A stretch of 63,905 nucleotides of DNA, the filler included, from Candidatus Tectimicrobiota bacterium (lineage in GTDB: Bacteria; JACPSX01), in assembly GCA_016193065.1 (NCBI GenBank). It is 6 parts of 6 records of this genome, joined end to end, with 100 filler letters (N's around TTAATTAATTAA, not from the genome) between each part and the next. Parts side by side here need not be neighbours in the genome. Positions count along the whole stretch, not along the records: positions 52,986 to 58,012 come from JACPSX010000245.1; positions 58,113 to 60,731 come from JACPSX010000205.1; positions 60,832 to 63,905 come from JACPSX010000196.1; 3 more parts are not named here. One strand, 5' to 3'. This document shows positions 53,054 through 62,308 of this stretch, piece by piece. Both the position numbers and the translations under genes were made by a program. Under the pieces are notes generated by a model. The model saw only the letters and a list, made by a program, of their open reading frames with translations, made no database searches and had not been told where the DNA came from. Position 1 is the stretch's first letter. Every line of letters begins with the position of its first letter.

Positions 53054-53317
53054 TTAGCGAGTACCCGAAGACTCCCCAGTTTGGGCTAGCACGATCGCCA
53101 TAAGTTCCTCACTAATCCAAAGCCCGGAGGCGCGCAAGTCCTCGAGGAATTCCACGCGTGACATCCCAGCTAACTGGGCAGCCCGTCCGGATGACAACTT
53201 TCCCAGCTCGAACAACTTCACGGCAGCTAGCAGACGCAGATCCTGAGAAAAGGACTCAGGGTCTTGCTTCAAGCTGATAAGGGTTTCCTCAGGAATTTCG
53301 ATGTGGACAATTGGCAT
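53054..53317 (-). CDS. UPF0175-family antitoxin, apparently fused to a DUF3368 toxin C-terminus
   Basis: AAVKLFELGKLSSGRAAQLAGMSRVEF, then LRASGLWISEEL...LAQTGE. Confidence 0.75.
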   Translation of the reverse strand: MPIVHIEIPEETLISLKQDPESFSQDLRLLAAVKLFELGKLSSGRAAQLAGMSRVEFLEDLRASGLWISEELMAIVLAQTGESSGTR

Positions 53318-53602
53318 TCAATCACCCTCATTCGTCACATTTATTTTTATTTTGTACCACTGATTGACCCTTTATGCAACCCATGAAGTGAACAGGGGAT
53401 TGACTGTCACATCTCCTACCCCCCATCGGGGGAGAATTCCTACAACCCTCGCCCCCTTTGGGGGGAGGGTGCAGGTCGGGGAAAACCGTCCCCTCCGCTC
53501 GCGGCAACTCCATCCGCCCCCGTTCGTGCTGAGCCTGTTTCTCCCCGTTCGTGCTGGTGGAGCACTTTATCCGAGAAGATGTGGAGTGGGGCCTGCGTAG
53601 CA

Positions 53603-53880
53603 ATGAATGAGAAGGTGATAACCGCCATTTGTGATGCGGGGCCAATCCTTCACTTGGACGAGTTAGGCAGCCTGAACCTATTAGCTGACTTTCGCAACCC
53701 CCAAGCCCACATGGTAGTATCGGTATTCTCCTGCGGGCCATCCGCCGCGGTCAGCTCACCGCTGCCCAAGCCATCTCTTGCTTGCATGCCATCCCACAGC
53801 ACTCTTCACTTCACATCAGTCCCGTTCTATTGCAGGAAATTATAAGCCGCGTGAAACAAGAATACAGGATTGAGGAATGA
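53603..53880 (+). pseudogene. PIN/DUF3368-family toxin remnant with internal deletion and frameshift
   Basis: ICDAGPILHLDELG N-terminus joined out of frame to HGSIGILLRAIRRG...LHISPVLLQEII. Confidence 0.75.
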
Positions 53881-54164
53881 GCCCTCGACCTGTTGCCTCT
53901 GATTTGTAATTTCCACGCTGTTCCCTCATCCCTCAGTCTTCATGCCGATCCTTCTCCTCTTTCCCGGAACGATCCCCTGTCCGTTCATGGAAAAGAACCT
54001 CTTTCTCCCTTTCTCTCACTGGGGAGAAGGGTGCAGGTGAAGGAAAATTGAGGCTGAAGAGGGGAGTCTTTCATGGGAAGCTACGACGCGGCGAGCCTTA
54101 CCCCTCCTCCCCCCATTGGGGGAAAGAGCCATCGGGGAAGGGACTGTCATCAGGCCTCTTACTC

Positions 54165-54503
54165 CTAACCTTTTTCGCCAACTTTGACCACGCGTCCTCG
54201 GATATCTCCTGTCGCACTCGGAAACAGCTCCTTTTTTATCCCCTCCGCCAACCACTGTCTGATGAGGGTTTGGTAGGGGATCGATTTCATCGTGGCAATT
54301 TTGCGGAGGGCTTGGATCTGAGCCGGATCAAGCTTAATTGAGATGTTCTGCAGGCGTCTCGTCCTTCTTCCGCTCAAGATCTCCTTACGCAATTCTTCTT
54401 CCAGTGCGAACTCAACAGGGCTCTCATCAAGTTCGCTGAGCACCCCGGATCGATCGTAGTACTCTGCCGGGGTCTCCTTGACCTTGCCGGATCGCTTTTC
54501 CAT
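54165..54503 (-). CDS. CopG/BrnA-like RHH antitoxin
   Basis: NISIKL...IPYQTLIRQWL motif, downstream of BrnT. Confidence 0.8.
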   Translation of the reverse strand: MEKRSGKVKETPAEYYDRSGVLSELDESPVEFALEEELRKEILSGRRTRRLQNISIKLDPAQIQALRKIATMKSIPYQTLIRQWLAEGIKKELFPSATGDIRGRVVKVGEKG

Positions 54504-54506
54504 CGT

Positions 54507-54782
54507 TCAGATCCTCCGATGCCGCTGGCAATATTTGCGCTCAGCTACATCCATGTCCCATCCCGTGACTACACGGACAAGGCCCTTCCCTTTTTTTTCA
54601 AAGACCACAACAAGCAAGCGGCCTGATCGGGTGCGCCCGAAGGCCGCATAATGGCCTCGCTTTGTCTTTCGAAAAATTGGGGCGATGGCAAATATCTCTT
54701 CAGCCTCTTCTGGCTCAATCCCATGACCGAGCGCAACGTGCAACACATTCCCGTCATCCCACTCAAATCCTGAGATTCGCAA
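54507..54782 (-). CDS. BrnT-family toxin
   Basis: FEWDDGN...HGI...EAEEIF, GRT..GRLLVVVF, RVVT. Confidence 0.85.
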   Translation of the reverse strand: MRISGFEWDDGNVLHVALGHGIEPEEAEEIFAIAPIFRKTKRGHYAAFGRTRSGRLLVVVFEKKGKGLVRVVTGWDMDVAERKYCQRHRRI

Positions 54783-55236
54783 CCCATATCTCCACTTGGT
54801 AATACATTACACTCCCCGAACATTTTTCGTCAAGTGCCACCTCCGGTACTACCCCACCCCCCATGGGCGGAGGATCTACCCTCATATCTTCTCCCCTCTC
54901 AGGTAGGAGGATTCAGCATCACATCTCCTCCCCCCTTCGCGGGGGCGGAACCACGCTGACATTTTCTCCCTCCCACACTGGGGGAAGGGTCTGGGTTAGG
55001 GAGCAAAGACCCATCCGTCCGTGCTGAGCTTGTCCACCTCCGTTCGTGCTGAGATGGTCGAAGCACGAACCCCTGTCCCCTTGATTCGTCGTCGGGAGAT
55101 ATCTTCAACCCCTCTCCCCATCTGGGAAGAATCACCATCTTCCCTGCCCATCCGGGAGAAATTTTCGTTTCCCCGCGCCCCCCTCTGGGGAGAACCCATT
55201 TCCCCAGCACCGGGGAAAGGTGGGGGACTCTGGCGC

Positions 55237-55515
55237 CTAGCCTTCCCCCGCTCCAGCAAGCTTTTCACCCGGGTCTCCAGAATGTTCACCTCCCCCATTC
55301 TCCCGCTTGATCTTCTGGCACAGCCGGGGGATGTTCACGCTGGGCAGGTGAAAATCGAGGATCACCAGATGCGGCTCGCACTGCTTCACGCGCAGGAGTG
55401 CCTGGCGGTCATTCTCCGCCTCAAAAACCTGATAGCGCGCCTGCAAAATGCGCTTCAAGGTCGTGCGGGTATACGGGTCATTCTCGACCACAAGGACTCT
55501 CTTCTCCCTTGACAA
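55237..55515 (-). pseudogene. Response regulator receiver domain remnant
   Basis: RVLVVEND, PHLVILD N-part; ILETRVKSLL C-terminal helix in another frame; middle missing. Confidence 0.6.
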
Positions 55516-55605
55516 CAGTTGCTTGACTGAGAAGGAATCACTGGGTATACTTCATTTGCAGTTATAGCATCATATACAGCCTTTCCTGGAAAGGAGGCAA
55601 ATCCA

Positions 55606-55833
55606 ATGCCGCGCGGCAAAATGGTTTACGTCTCGGAGGAAGCCCACCGGAAGCTCAAGCTACTGGCCGCCCGTCGCAACCGCCCAATGGGGGAGGTGGT
55701 CGAAGAATTGGTTGGACAGGAACTGGCGGATTTGCTCAACCTCTGGACGAGTCCGGAGGGCCTGATGCTGCAGCAAAAACTGCTGGCCCAGATCTGGGAG
55801 GACCCAGCCCTGGATGTCTACAATGATGATTAA
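55606..55833 (+). CDS. Putative antitoxin (RHH-like) upstream of MazF
   Basis: MVYVSEEAHRKLK beta-alpha-alpha start, WEDPALDVY end; overlaps toxin start; AGGAGG RBS. Confidence 0.75.
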   Translation: MPRGKMVYVSEEAHRKLKLLAARRNRPMGEVVEELVGQELADLLNLWTSPEGLMLQQKLLAQIWEDPALDVYNDD

Positions 55834-56045
55834 GCTCTCCCGTGGAGATACCGTGCTCGTGGCATTCCCCTTCGTGACTCAGACGCATGTGCAGCGCAGG
55901 CGGAGACCAGCCCTGGTGGTACAAGCGGATCGGTATAACCGTCGGCGGGCTGCCGTGATCCTGGCCGCCATCACCAGCAGCCGGGCTGGACCGCATCGAC
56001 CAAGCTCTGGCAGATGCCCTCGGACTTGTCTCTTCGTCCACCTAG
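55823..56045 (+). pseudogene. PemK/MazF toxin with internal deletion and frameshift
   Basis: RGDTVLVAFPF...RRPALVVQ...AAITS, then LDRIDQALADALGL in another frame. Confidence 0.8.
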
Positions 56046-56248
56046 CCCCCCGCACCCAGCTTTCCTATCCATGATCATGCATTGGAACTCCTTGCCCTCT
56101 TTCTCCAGCATTTCCTTCCACCTTCCCCTTATCCCCTAGATCACCCACTGGCCCGGCCAGCTCCGCATCTCCTTCAGGAACCGAATATGCGAGTCCGCAC
56201 CCCAGGCAGAATGGTCCTCCCCCACCCCTATCAGGGAGAACTCTTCTT

Positions 56249-56448
56249 TTCCCTCGCCCACATCTGGGGAGAGGGTCTGGGTGAGGGGGCGCAGGTCAGG
56301 ACAAGCAGGGTCAGTGTGAGGGAAAGGATCTACGAGGCAGCAGGAATTACGACTCCTCCCCCCTCGCAGGGGAGGATGCAGGAGGGGGGGAAGCGTCATC
56401 AGCCCCCATGGCGAGGACCTGATTGAGGCTCGTCGTGCCCGCCGAGTT
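56249..56448 (+). repeat. Long direct repeat unit; left part repeated at 57931-58012, right part at 52990-53023
   Basis: 82-bp near-identical match and 34-bp match with 2 mismatches. Confidence 0.85.
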
Positions 56449-56675
56449 CGCCACCGAACCCGCTCCGACCCTCGACTGGGCCGCCGCCTCGTGAGCCGCG
56501 CCCCCCGCGGCCCCCACTCCTCCAACCTCTGACGCTTCATCGCCTCCTCAATCGCTCCCGGCAGATCCTCCGGCTCGCAGGCCCGATCAACGGGCCATTC
56601 GCTCTTGACAGCGTCGCATAATTATGTTATACGTTTTGACAGCTTCGTTTAACCCAATTAAAAGGAGGCAGAACC

Positions 56676-56903
56676 ATGCCGGCCGTGAAAATATTAGCCA
56701 AGGGTCAACTGGTCATCCCGGCCAAACTCCGCAAGAAATACCACATCCGGCACGGCTCCGAGCTCCAGATCCTCGAATACGGCGGGATGCTTCATCTGAT
56801 TCCGCCTGTCACCGATCCGATCAAGGCCGCCGCCGGTTTTTTGCCCAAAAGGCCTTCTCTCGCCAAAAAGCTGTTGAAGGAGCACCAAAAGGATTTTGCG
56901 TGA
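56676..56903 (+). CDS. AbrB/MazE/SpoVT-family antitoxin
   Basis: KGQLVIPAKLRKKY motif; AGGAGG RBS. Confidence 0.9.
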   Translation: MPAVKILAKGQLVIPAKLRKKYHIRHGSELQILEYGGMLHLIPPVTDPIKAAAGFLPKRPSLAKKLLKEHQKDFA

Positions 56904-57301
56904 CATCCCGACTCGTCTTCGACAGCAATGCTCTCCTCAAATTTTTCCAGGGAGAAGCGGGGGCGTCCGCCGTTGAAAAGTGGCTCCGGACGGCCGAGCG
57001 CCGGCGCTGGATCAAATATCTCTGCGCGATCAATCTGGGCGAAATCATCTACGCCACCAAACGCCAATACGGCGACCAGCGGAAGATCGAGGTGCTGGGG
57101 CACATTCACCGGATGAACTTTACCATTCTTCCGGCGCCCGACGACTTGATCTTCCAGGCCGCGGAGTATAAGGCCGCATACAGCATCTCCTACGCCGACT
57201 GTTTCGTCCTGGCCTGCGCGGTGAATCACGCCGCCGCAATTATCACCGGAGACCCGGAATTCAAAAAGGTCAGCCACCTTGCAAAGATCCATTGGGTCTA
57301 A
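56900..57301 (+). CDS. VapC PIN-domain toxin
   Basis: VFDSNAL, NLGEI, SYADCF, ITGDPEF; GTGA overlap with antitoxin. Confidence 0.9.
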   Translation: MTSRLVFDSNALLKFFQGEAGASAVEKWLRTAERRRWIKYLCAINLGEIIYATKRQYGDQRKIEVLGHIHRMNFTILPAPDDLIFQAAEYKAAYSISYADCFVLACAVNHAAAIITGDPEFKKVSHLAKIHWV

Positions 57302-57537
57302 ACTCTTCACTCCTCACTTCCTCACCAGTTCCTCAATCGCCGCCGCGACCAGCTTCCCGTCGAGCGCCGGCTCTCAGAAGAATTCGGGAAGCCGAATGAG
57401 CGCCTGACCACCGAGATCGGGAAGGTCAACCTGGAATTTGCCAGAGTCCGCTGTACTTCTCGCCTCTCATCTTCCGCATCCGGCTTTCCCGTCCCTCCTA
57501 TGTCCCTTGTAGGCGCCAATGACCGAAACGATCACCG

Positions 57538-57568
57538 AAAAAGGCCTTCCGTGTCCGGAGGGCCTTTT
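57538..57568 (-). terminator. Hairpin with U-tract (bidirectional-capable)
   Basis: AAAAGGCCTTCCG-TGTC-CGGAGGGCCTTTT. Confidence 0.7.
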
Positions 57569-57738
57569 ATACTGAGAACCGATGATCGTCTCGTTCCTTC
57601 CGGGTCTGCCAGGAATAACGTCAGGCGAATCACAAAAGCCTGGCGCACAACAAAAGAGACCTCGGTTACGATGCGCCGGGGATTGCCTCTCCTCCCCCCT
57701 CGCGGGGGAGGATCATCTTCATATCCCCTCCCCCCTGG

Positions 57739-57893
57739 GAGACTGTGTCGCAATCTGCCATTCGCCCTTCGACAAGCCTGTCCTGAGCGAAGTCGAAGGG
57801 CTCAGCGCGAACGGCTATGTGATTGACTTTCGGTTTGTCATCATCCGTTCGTGGTGAGCCTGTCGAACCATGAACGGATGATGACACAGTCTC
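57739..57893. mobile_element. MITE-like element (family C), copy 2
   Basis: TIR GAGACTGTGTC/GACACAGTCTC with TGG duplication. Confidence 0.8.
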
Positions 57894-58012
57894 TGGCGGG
57901 GGAGGATGCAGGTGGGGGGCAAAAGTAATCTTCCCTCGCCCCCACCGGGGGAGAGGGTCTGGGTGAGGGGGCGCAGGTCAGGACAAGCAGGGTCAGTGTG
58001 AGGGAAAGGATC

Positions 58013-58112
58013 NNNNNNNNNNNNNNNNNNNNNNNNNNNNNNNNNNNNNNNNNNNNTTAATTAATTAANNNNNNNNNNNNNNNNNNNNNNNNNNNNNNNN
58101 NNNNNNNNNNNN
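58013..58112. other. Artificial contig linker
   Basis: N44-TTAATTAATTAA-N44. Confidence 0.99.
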
Positions 58113-58420
58113 CGCTGTTGGATCTTCTGGCTCGTACTGATATTGACCACAGCAGGCATCGCTCCCTTTGCCAGAGATGCAAACGATTCGGAGCGGGTCG
58201 CTCCAGGCAGTCCAGCAGGTACCACCCCAACATTTGCCTCCCTGGGGGCTCCGATGGCATGAGCGACAAACGATCTATCCCGCCAAGCGGAGCCGCCAAT
58301 AAAACCGAGCCCTACAGCTACCGCAACGATGAGAACTAGAGAACGAACGTGCATTTTTCCCAGGAGCCCAGGTTTCGGGCTTTCCTCGACCGGTTTCCTT
58401 TCAATAATCCAGATGCTCAT
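58113..58420 (-). CDS. HtrA/DegP-family serine protease N-terminus (3' partial)
   Basis: TM segment followed by SFASLAK...PAVVNIST. Confidence 0.7.
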
Positions 58421-59621
58421 TCCGTGAACTCCTTTCAATACTATGCTGTGATTTACTCTTCCAAGATTCTGCTGGCCCTTCGTGAGCGACTTTTGCACCG
58501 CAGGAAACCCACTCTTCTTCCTCTTCCCGGGTCGGGGAAAATGCCTGCGCGGACTCCGGCGCCGCTTTGGGAACAGACGAGGGAATCCGCTCGAAGTCGG
58601 TAAAGCCGATGTAAGCCCGCATCACCAGGGAAAGAAGGGGCTCTCGGCAGATTCTCAACAGAAACTGACTGGCCAGCCCCCGGGGGAGGATGATCAGGAG
58701 CCGCTGGCAGAGCTGCAGATACCAGTAAAGTTTGCGATGGGAGAGGACGGTCTCCCGATACCTACTGAGTCCTTCCGGCAAGCTCCTCTTTCCCTCAAGA
58801 ACCTCTTGGATGATGGCGCCACACATGAGCCCAAAGTAAATAGCCGGCCGAATCCCTTCCCCTGTCAAAGGGAGACACTGGCCTGCCGCATCTCCCACCA
58901 GAAATAGATTACCCATGGTAGGTTCGCCGAGAGCCGACGGGAAATAGCCGCCATGGATCTCGTCCTCTCGAGAAAGCGTCAGATCATCAAGAAACTCCTG
59001 CAAATCAGGTCCGAGACGGGTCTTTCCAGTATAGGCCCCGACACCCACCCGGCTCCCCCGGTCAATGGGAAAAAACCAGGCGACCCCCTTGGGAACTTCT
59101 ACAGGATCAAACCAGAAGCAGAGTTTCTCGCCGCCCCTTGGGGTCGTAGTCTCAATCCCGAAGCTCATGGATCTCCTGGAGCCACGGCAAGGTTGCACGG
59201 AATTGCCCAGCACCCGCCGCCACCCGGAAGCATCCACCAGAATGTCTCCTTCAAAGCGCCCCTTGTTGGTGACGACCCGATTCCCTTCGCAACCCAGAAC
59301 CCGGGCATGGAGGATCTGTGCCCTTGCTGCCGCCACCATCCCCTGACAGAACTGCGGATAATCGAAGGTGCAAAACGGACTTCTTGAAACATCCAGGACC
59401 TGAGTCCAGGAAGGGGTGTGAACGGCAATTTCGTTCTGGACCTGTAAAACGGCCCCCATGAGCCCGAGACACTTGGGAACATCGAGAAGGGTGCCACAGG
59501 CGGAGGTCTGCGTCTCCCCGATCGAGTGCGGTTCGATGAGAAGCACCTTGCCTTTGAGCTGGGTGGCTACCGCCAGCCCCCCGAAACTTGCTCCGGCAAT
59601 GATCACGTCATATCGCTCCAT
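58401..59621 (-). CDS. FAD-dependent oxidoreductase, geranylgeranyl reductase-like
   Basis: YDVIIAGASFGG, VDASG, WFFP, VGDAAG...GEGI. Confidence 0.88.
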   Translation of the reverse strand: MERYDVIIAGASFGGLAVATQLKGKVLLIEPHSIGETQTSACGTLLDVPKCLGLMGAVLQVQNEIAVHTPSWTQVLDVSRSPFCTFDYPQFCQGMVAAARAQILHARVLGCEGNRVVTNKGRFEGDILVDASGWRRVLGNSVQPCRGSRRSMSFGIETTTPRGGEKLCFWFDPVEVPKGVAWFFPIDRGSRVGVGAYTGKTRLGPDLQEFLDDLTLSREDEIHGGYFPSALGEPTMGNLFLVGDAAGQCLPLTGEGIRPAIYFGLMCGAIIQEVLEGKRSLPEGLSRYRETVLSHRKLYWYLQLCQRLLIILPRGLASQFLLRICREPLLSLVMRAYIGFTDFERIPSSVPKAAPESAQAFSPTREEEEEWVSCGAKVAHEGPAESWKSKSQHSIERSSRNEHLDY

Positions 59622-59641
59622 CGCTCCCTCCCCACGTAGCC

Positions 59642-59947
59642 CTAAAGAGGGACTGGATCTTGATAAGTATCGCTGCCAAACCAACCGGGACATACGGGAA
59701 GACGGGTTAAAAGCACCCTGCCTTTCCGGCGGGCTACCGAACGCGCCCTGTCTTCGAGAACCCTGGCTCCAAACTGGTAGATCGTCTCCGTATTGGCAAA
59801 GTCGAGAAAGACGGGAAACCTTTCGGCGGGAAGATCCGTCAGAAAATTCACGATCTCGCAGGCCGACGAGCCGTCAACAATCCCCCGGATTTCCAGAACA
59901 CTTCCCTTTCTCTCCTGGTGTTTCCGCAGATGAAATGTCACACCCAT
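59642..59947 (-). CDS. STAS-like small protein
   Basis: LEIRGIVDGSSACE, LDFANTETIYQFG; AGGAGG RBS. Confidence 0.6.
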   Translation of the reverse strand: MGVTFHLRKHQERKGSVLEIRGIVDGSSACEIVNFLTDLPAERFPVFLDFANTETIYQFGARVLEDRARSVARRKGRVLLTRLPVCPGWFGSDTYQDPVPL

Positions 59948-60000
59948 CGAACCCCTCCTGGCTTTCTTTATAAGTAATCATTATTCCCAAAAGTTAGCCG

Positions 60001-60492
60001 CTAGAAACGGATCACCTCGCGCGTCGCAGGGTAAGCAGCATAGATGGTGAGACTATCTTCTCCCCTGGCAGCTTCCTTGAAATACATCGCCCGCTGGTGC
60101 GCAAGCGCCGCCTGAAATCGTTTCTCGCCTAGAAGTCGCGATCCCCGAGAGGCGTCCAGCGCCGCCCTGGAGTCGTCGAAGATCATGACCACCATGTTGT
60201 CCCGGTCTTGAAACTCCTGGTGGAGATTCCTCCCTAGAGTTCGCAGTTCGTCCACACTGGGTTCCGGCTTGACGGCGATGAAAAGCCCCTCCCCTTCGGG
60301 ATAGTTCCAGCCCACTACCCGACGATATCCACCACTCGGGGAAGTCCTTGGATAAAGGCGAAAGCCCGAGACCATGGCCGCCGCAGCTACCCCGGCTCCA
60401 GCCAGCGTCAAGGTCAAAAGGCGGCGCCTGCTCGAATGAGTCTCGCCGACCACGTCCGGAAGGGAACCACGTTTCCGCAACATGCCTTTCAT
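60001..60492 (-). CDS. Hypothetical exported/membrane protein (possible Tat signal)
   Basis: SRRRLL followed by a hydrophobic stretch; 163-aa ORF. Confidence 0.6.
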   Translation of the reverse strand: MKGMLRKRGSLPDVVGETHSSRRRLLTLTLAGAGVAAAAMVSGFRLYPRTSPSGGYRRVVGWNYPEGEGLFIAVKPEPSVDELRTLGRNLHQEFQDRDNMVVMIFDDSRAALDASRGSRLLGEKRFQAALAHQRAMYFKEAARGEDSLTIYAAYPATREVIRF

Positions 60493-60731
60493 CCTTCTCC
60501 ACTCCTCTGTTTCTCCAAATTGTTTTCCACCACAAAACCCCCAGGAAGGTCGCTTTCCGATCTTATCTCCCCAATCCGAAATTGCCCGTCGGGCTCATTC
60601 GGCATTGGCCCGCGGGTGGCGTTGGGGATGCCTCCGCAGAGCCGCGCGAAAGTGGGACCCTCGTCAGGGTGACGTAGCGCGGATCGAGGAGGCGCCCCGG
60701 CGACAGGTCCTGCGGGCCAACCGCGCGGATC

Positions 60732-60831
60732 NNNNNNNNNNNNNNNNNNNNNNNNNNNNNNNNNNNNNNNNNNNNTTAATTAATTAANNNNNNNNNNNNN
60801 NNNNNNNNNNNNNNNNNNNNNNNNNNNNNNN
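60732..60831. other. Artificial contig linker
   Basis: N44-TTAATTAATTAA-N44. Confidence 0.99.
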
Positions 60832-61082
60832 CCATGGCCACCTCCTTCTCATGGCACCATACGGCAGACTCCTCTTGGCTGTCAAGGGCCGAATCCCCGG
60901 ACAAGCAACCCCTGGGCAACGCCGGAACGGCCCGGTCCCCTTCATTCGGTCTGTCCCTGGCTGACGCGATGCTATCCGTCTCTGAACGTCAGGTCCTTCA
61001 GGCGGATTCTTGACCGGCAAGACGAGCAGGCGAAGCCCATGTGACCTACTTGGCCGGGTCCCCCCTTACCTGCCTTGAGGCA

Positions 61083-61319
61083 CTACCGGCTGCGGTTCCT
61101 GCGGTTCTGGTGGATCCGGTCGATGTGGGCCTTGGCCGCCGTCAGGGCGGAGGCCTTTGACGGATGCTCTCCCGACACCCGGCCTTGCTGCGGGGTGCGG
61201 CTGTGCTCCGCGCCCTCCGACGCGGGCACCTCCACCAGCGCGACGCGCCAGCCCCCGGCCCGGATTTCCTCCGTGAAGATGTTGAACCCGCGGTAGAGCT
61301 CAGTCTTCTTCAGGGTCAT
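61083..61319 (-). CDS. Hypothetical protein
   Basis: GGAGG RBS, high GC3 codon usage, 78 aa. Confidence 0.6.
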   Translation of the reverse strand: MTLKKTELYRGFNIFTEEIRAGGWRVALVEVPASEGAEHSRTPQQGRVSGEHPSKASALTAAKAHIDRIHQNRRNRSR

Positions 61320-61436
61320 GTCCTGCCCCTCCGGCGATCCGGCCCCCTCCCGATCGCCGGCCAGGAGACACCGGGTTCCGCGTCCCGGCGTCTGCCCCGT
61401 TCCCCCGCAGGGCTTGCCGCTGTGCCGCAATACCCC

Positions 61437-61458
61437 TGATAACCGTGCTACGCCCCGC
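61437..61458 (+). repeat. 22-bp direct repeat (partner at 62227-62248) flanking a TA module
   Basis: TGATAACCGTGCTACG(C/T)CCCGC. Confidence 0.85.
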
Positions 61459-61555
61459 CTTTCAGTCGAAACCGGTTACGCCTTGACCGACGGCTGAACT
61501 CCACGTATAGTAGCCGCTGGTAACACTTTCCAACTTTCTTACAAGGAGGGCAGCC

Positions 61556-61819
61556 ATGCCTTTGGTCAGGGTCAAGGAGAAGTTCCAAGTAACCCTGCCC
61601 GCTTCGGTCCGCCAGAAGACGGGATTGGCCGTGGGGGACTTGCTGGAGGCGAATGTCGAGGGGAAGAAAATTACGCTCACCCCAAAGTCCGTCATTGACC
61701 GCGAACTCGCTTTGGCTCTCGAGGACGTGAAGAAAGGTCGCGTCTATGGCCCGTTCCGATCAGCGAAAGAAATGCTCCGCTCCCTCCGTGGCGTAAAGAA
61801 AACCAGAACCGCCTCATGA
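61556..61819 (+). CDS. AbrB/MazE/SpoVT-family antitoxin
   Basis: KFQVTLPASVR...GLAVGD, GRVYGPF. Confidence 0.88.
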   Translation: MPLVRVKEKFQVTLPASVRQKTGLAVGDLLEANVEGKKITLTPKSVIDRELALALEDVKKGRVYGPFRSAKEMLRSLRGVKKTRTAS

Positions 61820-62217
61820 AGCTGTTCTATACGGAGCGCTTCCGCCGAGGCTATGAGAGCGCCCCGCCGCACATTCAACGCGCCTTCGACCGACGAGCCA
61901 CCTTCTTGGTTCGCGACCTCCGGCACCCTTCCCTCCGCGCCAAGAAATATGACGAGACGCGTGGAATTTGGCAGGCCAGGGTGAATGGAGGCTGGCGATT
62001 CTATTTCACCATCCTTGCCCTGACGGGGTTACAACATCCACCCGAGGAGACTGCTTCCCCGCCCCTCTGCTCCTCCGCTCCTCTGCCCCTCTGCATCCCG
62101 GCTCTCGGCTCGCGGCTCGCGGCTCTCGGCTCTGTTCGGAAGTCAACGGAGTCAACAACATCCCCCACTCTTGACAGCGAAGAAAGGGCTGGGCGCCCTT
62201 TGCTGAGCCATCCATGA
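61816..62217 (+). CDS. RelE/ParE-family toxin, native C-terminus probably lost
   Basis: YTERF, HPSLRAKK, WQARVN..WRFYF, then low-complexity read-through; ATGA overlap. Confidence 0.75.
   Translation: MKLFYTERFRRGYESAPPHIQRAFDRRATFLVRDLRHPSLRAKKYDETRGIWQARVNGGWRFYFTILALTGLQHPPEETASPPLCSSAPLPLCIPALGSRLAALGSVRKSTESTTSPTLDSEERAGRPLLSHP
62061..62132 (+). repeat. Short tandem 8-mer and 7-mer repeats
   Basis: (CCTCTGCY)n followed by (GGCTCKC)n. Confidence 0.75.
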
Positions 62218-62308
62218 GAATAACAGTGATAACCGTGCTACGTCCCGCATTACATGAAGTCGAAGAATCACCTGCTCGCGATCGATCTCACCCCCTCGGC
62301 CCTCTTCA

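Noticed and set aside
53400-56400. Clustered GC-rich hairpins as a CRISPR array or integron attC sites
   Set aside because: No constant repeat-spacer period, no cas genes, no RYYYAAC/GTTRRRY pairs, no integrase.
56605-56632. dif-like GTCGCATAATTATGTTATA
   Set aside because: Lacks the 6-bp spacer between Xer arms; better explained as the TA promoter/operator (TTGACA-N17).
61437-61458. tRNA fragment (minus strand GCGGGGCGTAGC...) as an att site
   Set aside because: Similarity ends after ~12 nt; no D-arm or cloverleaf.
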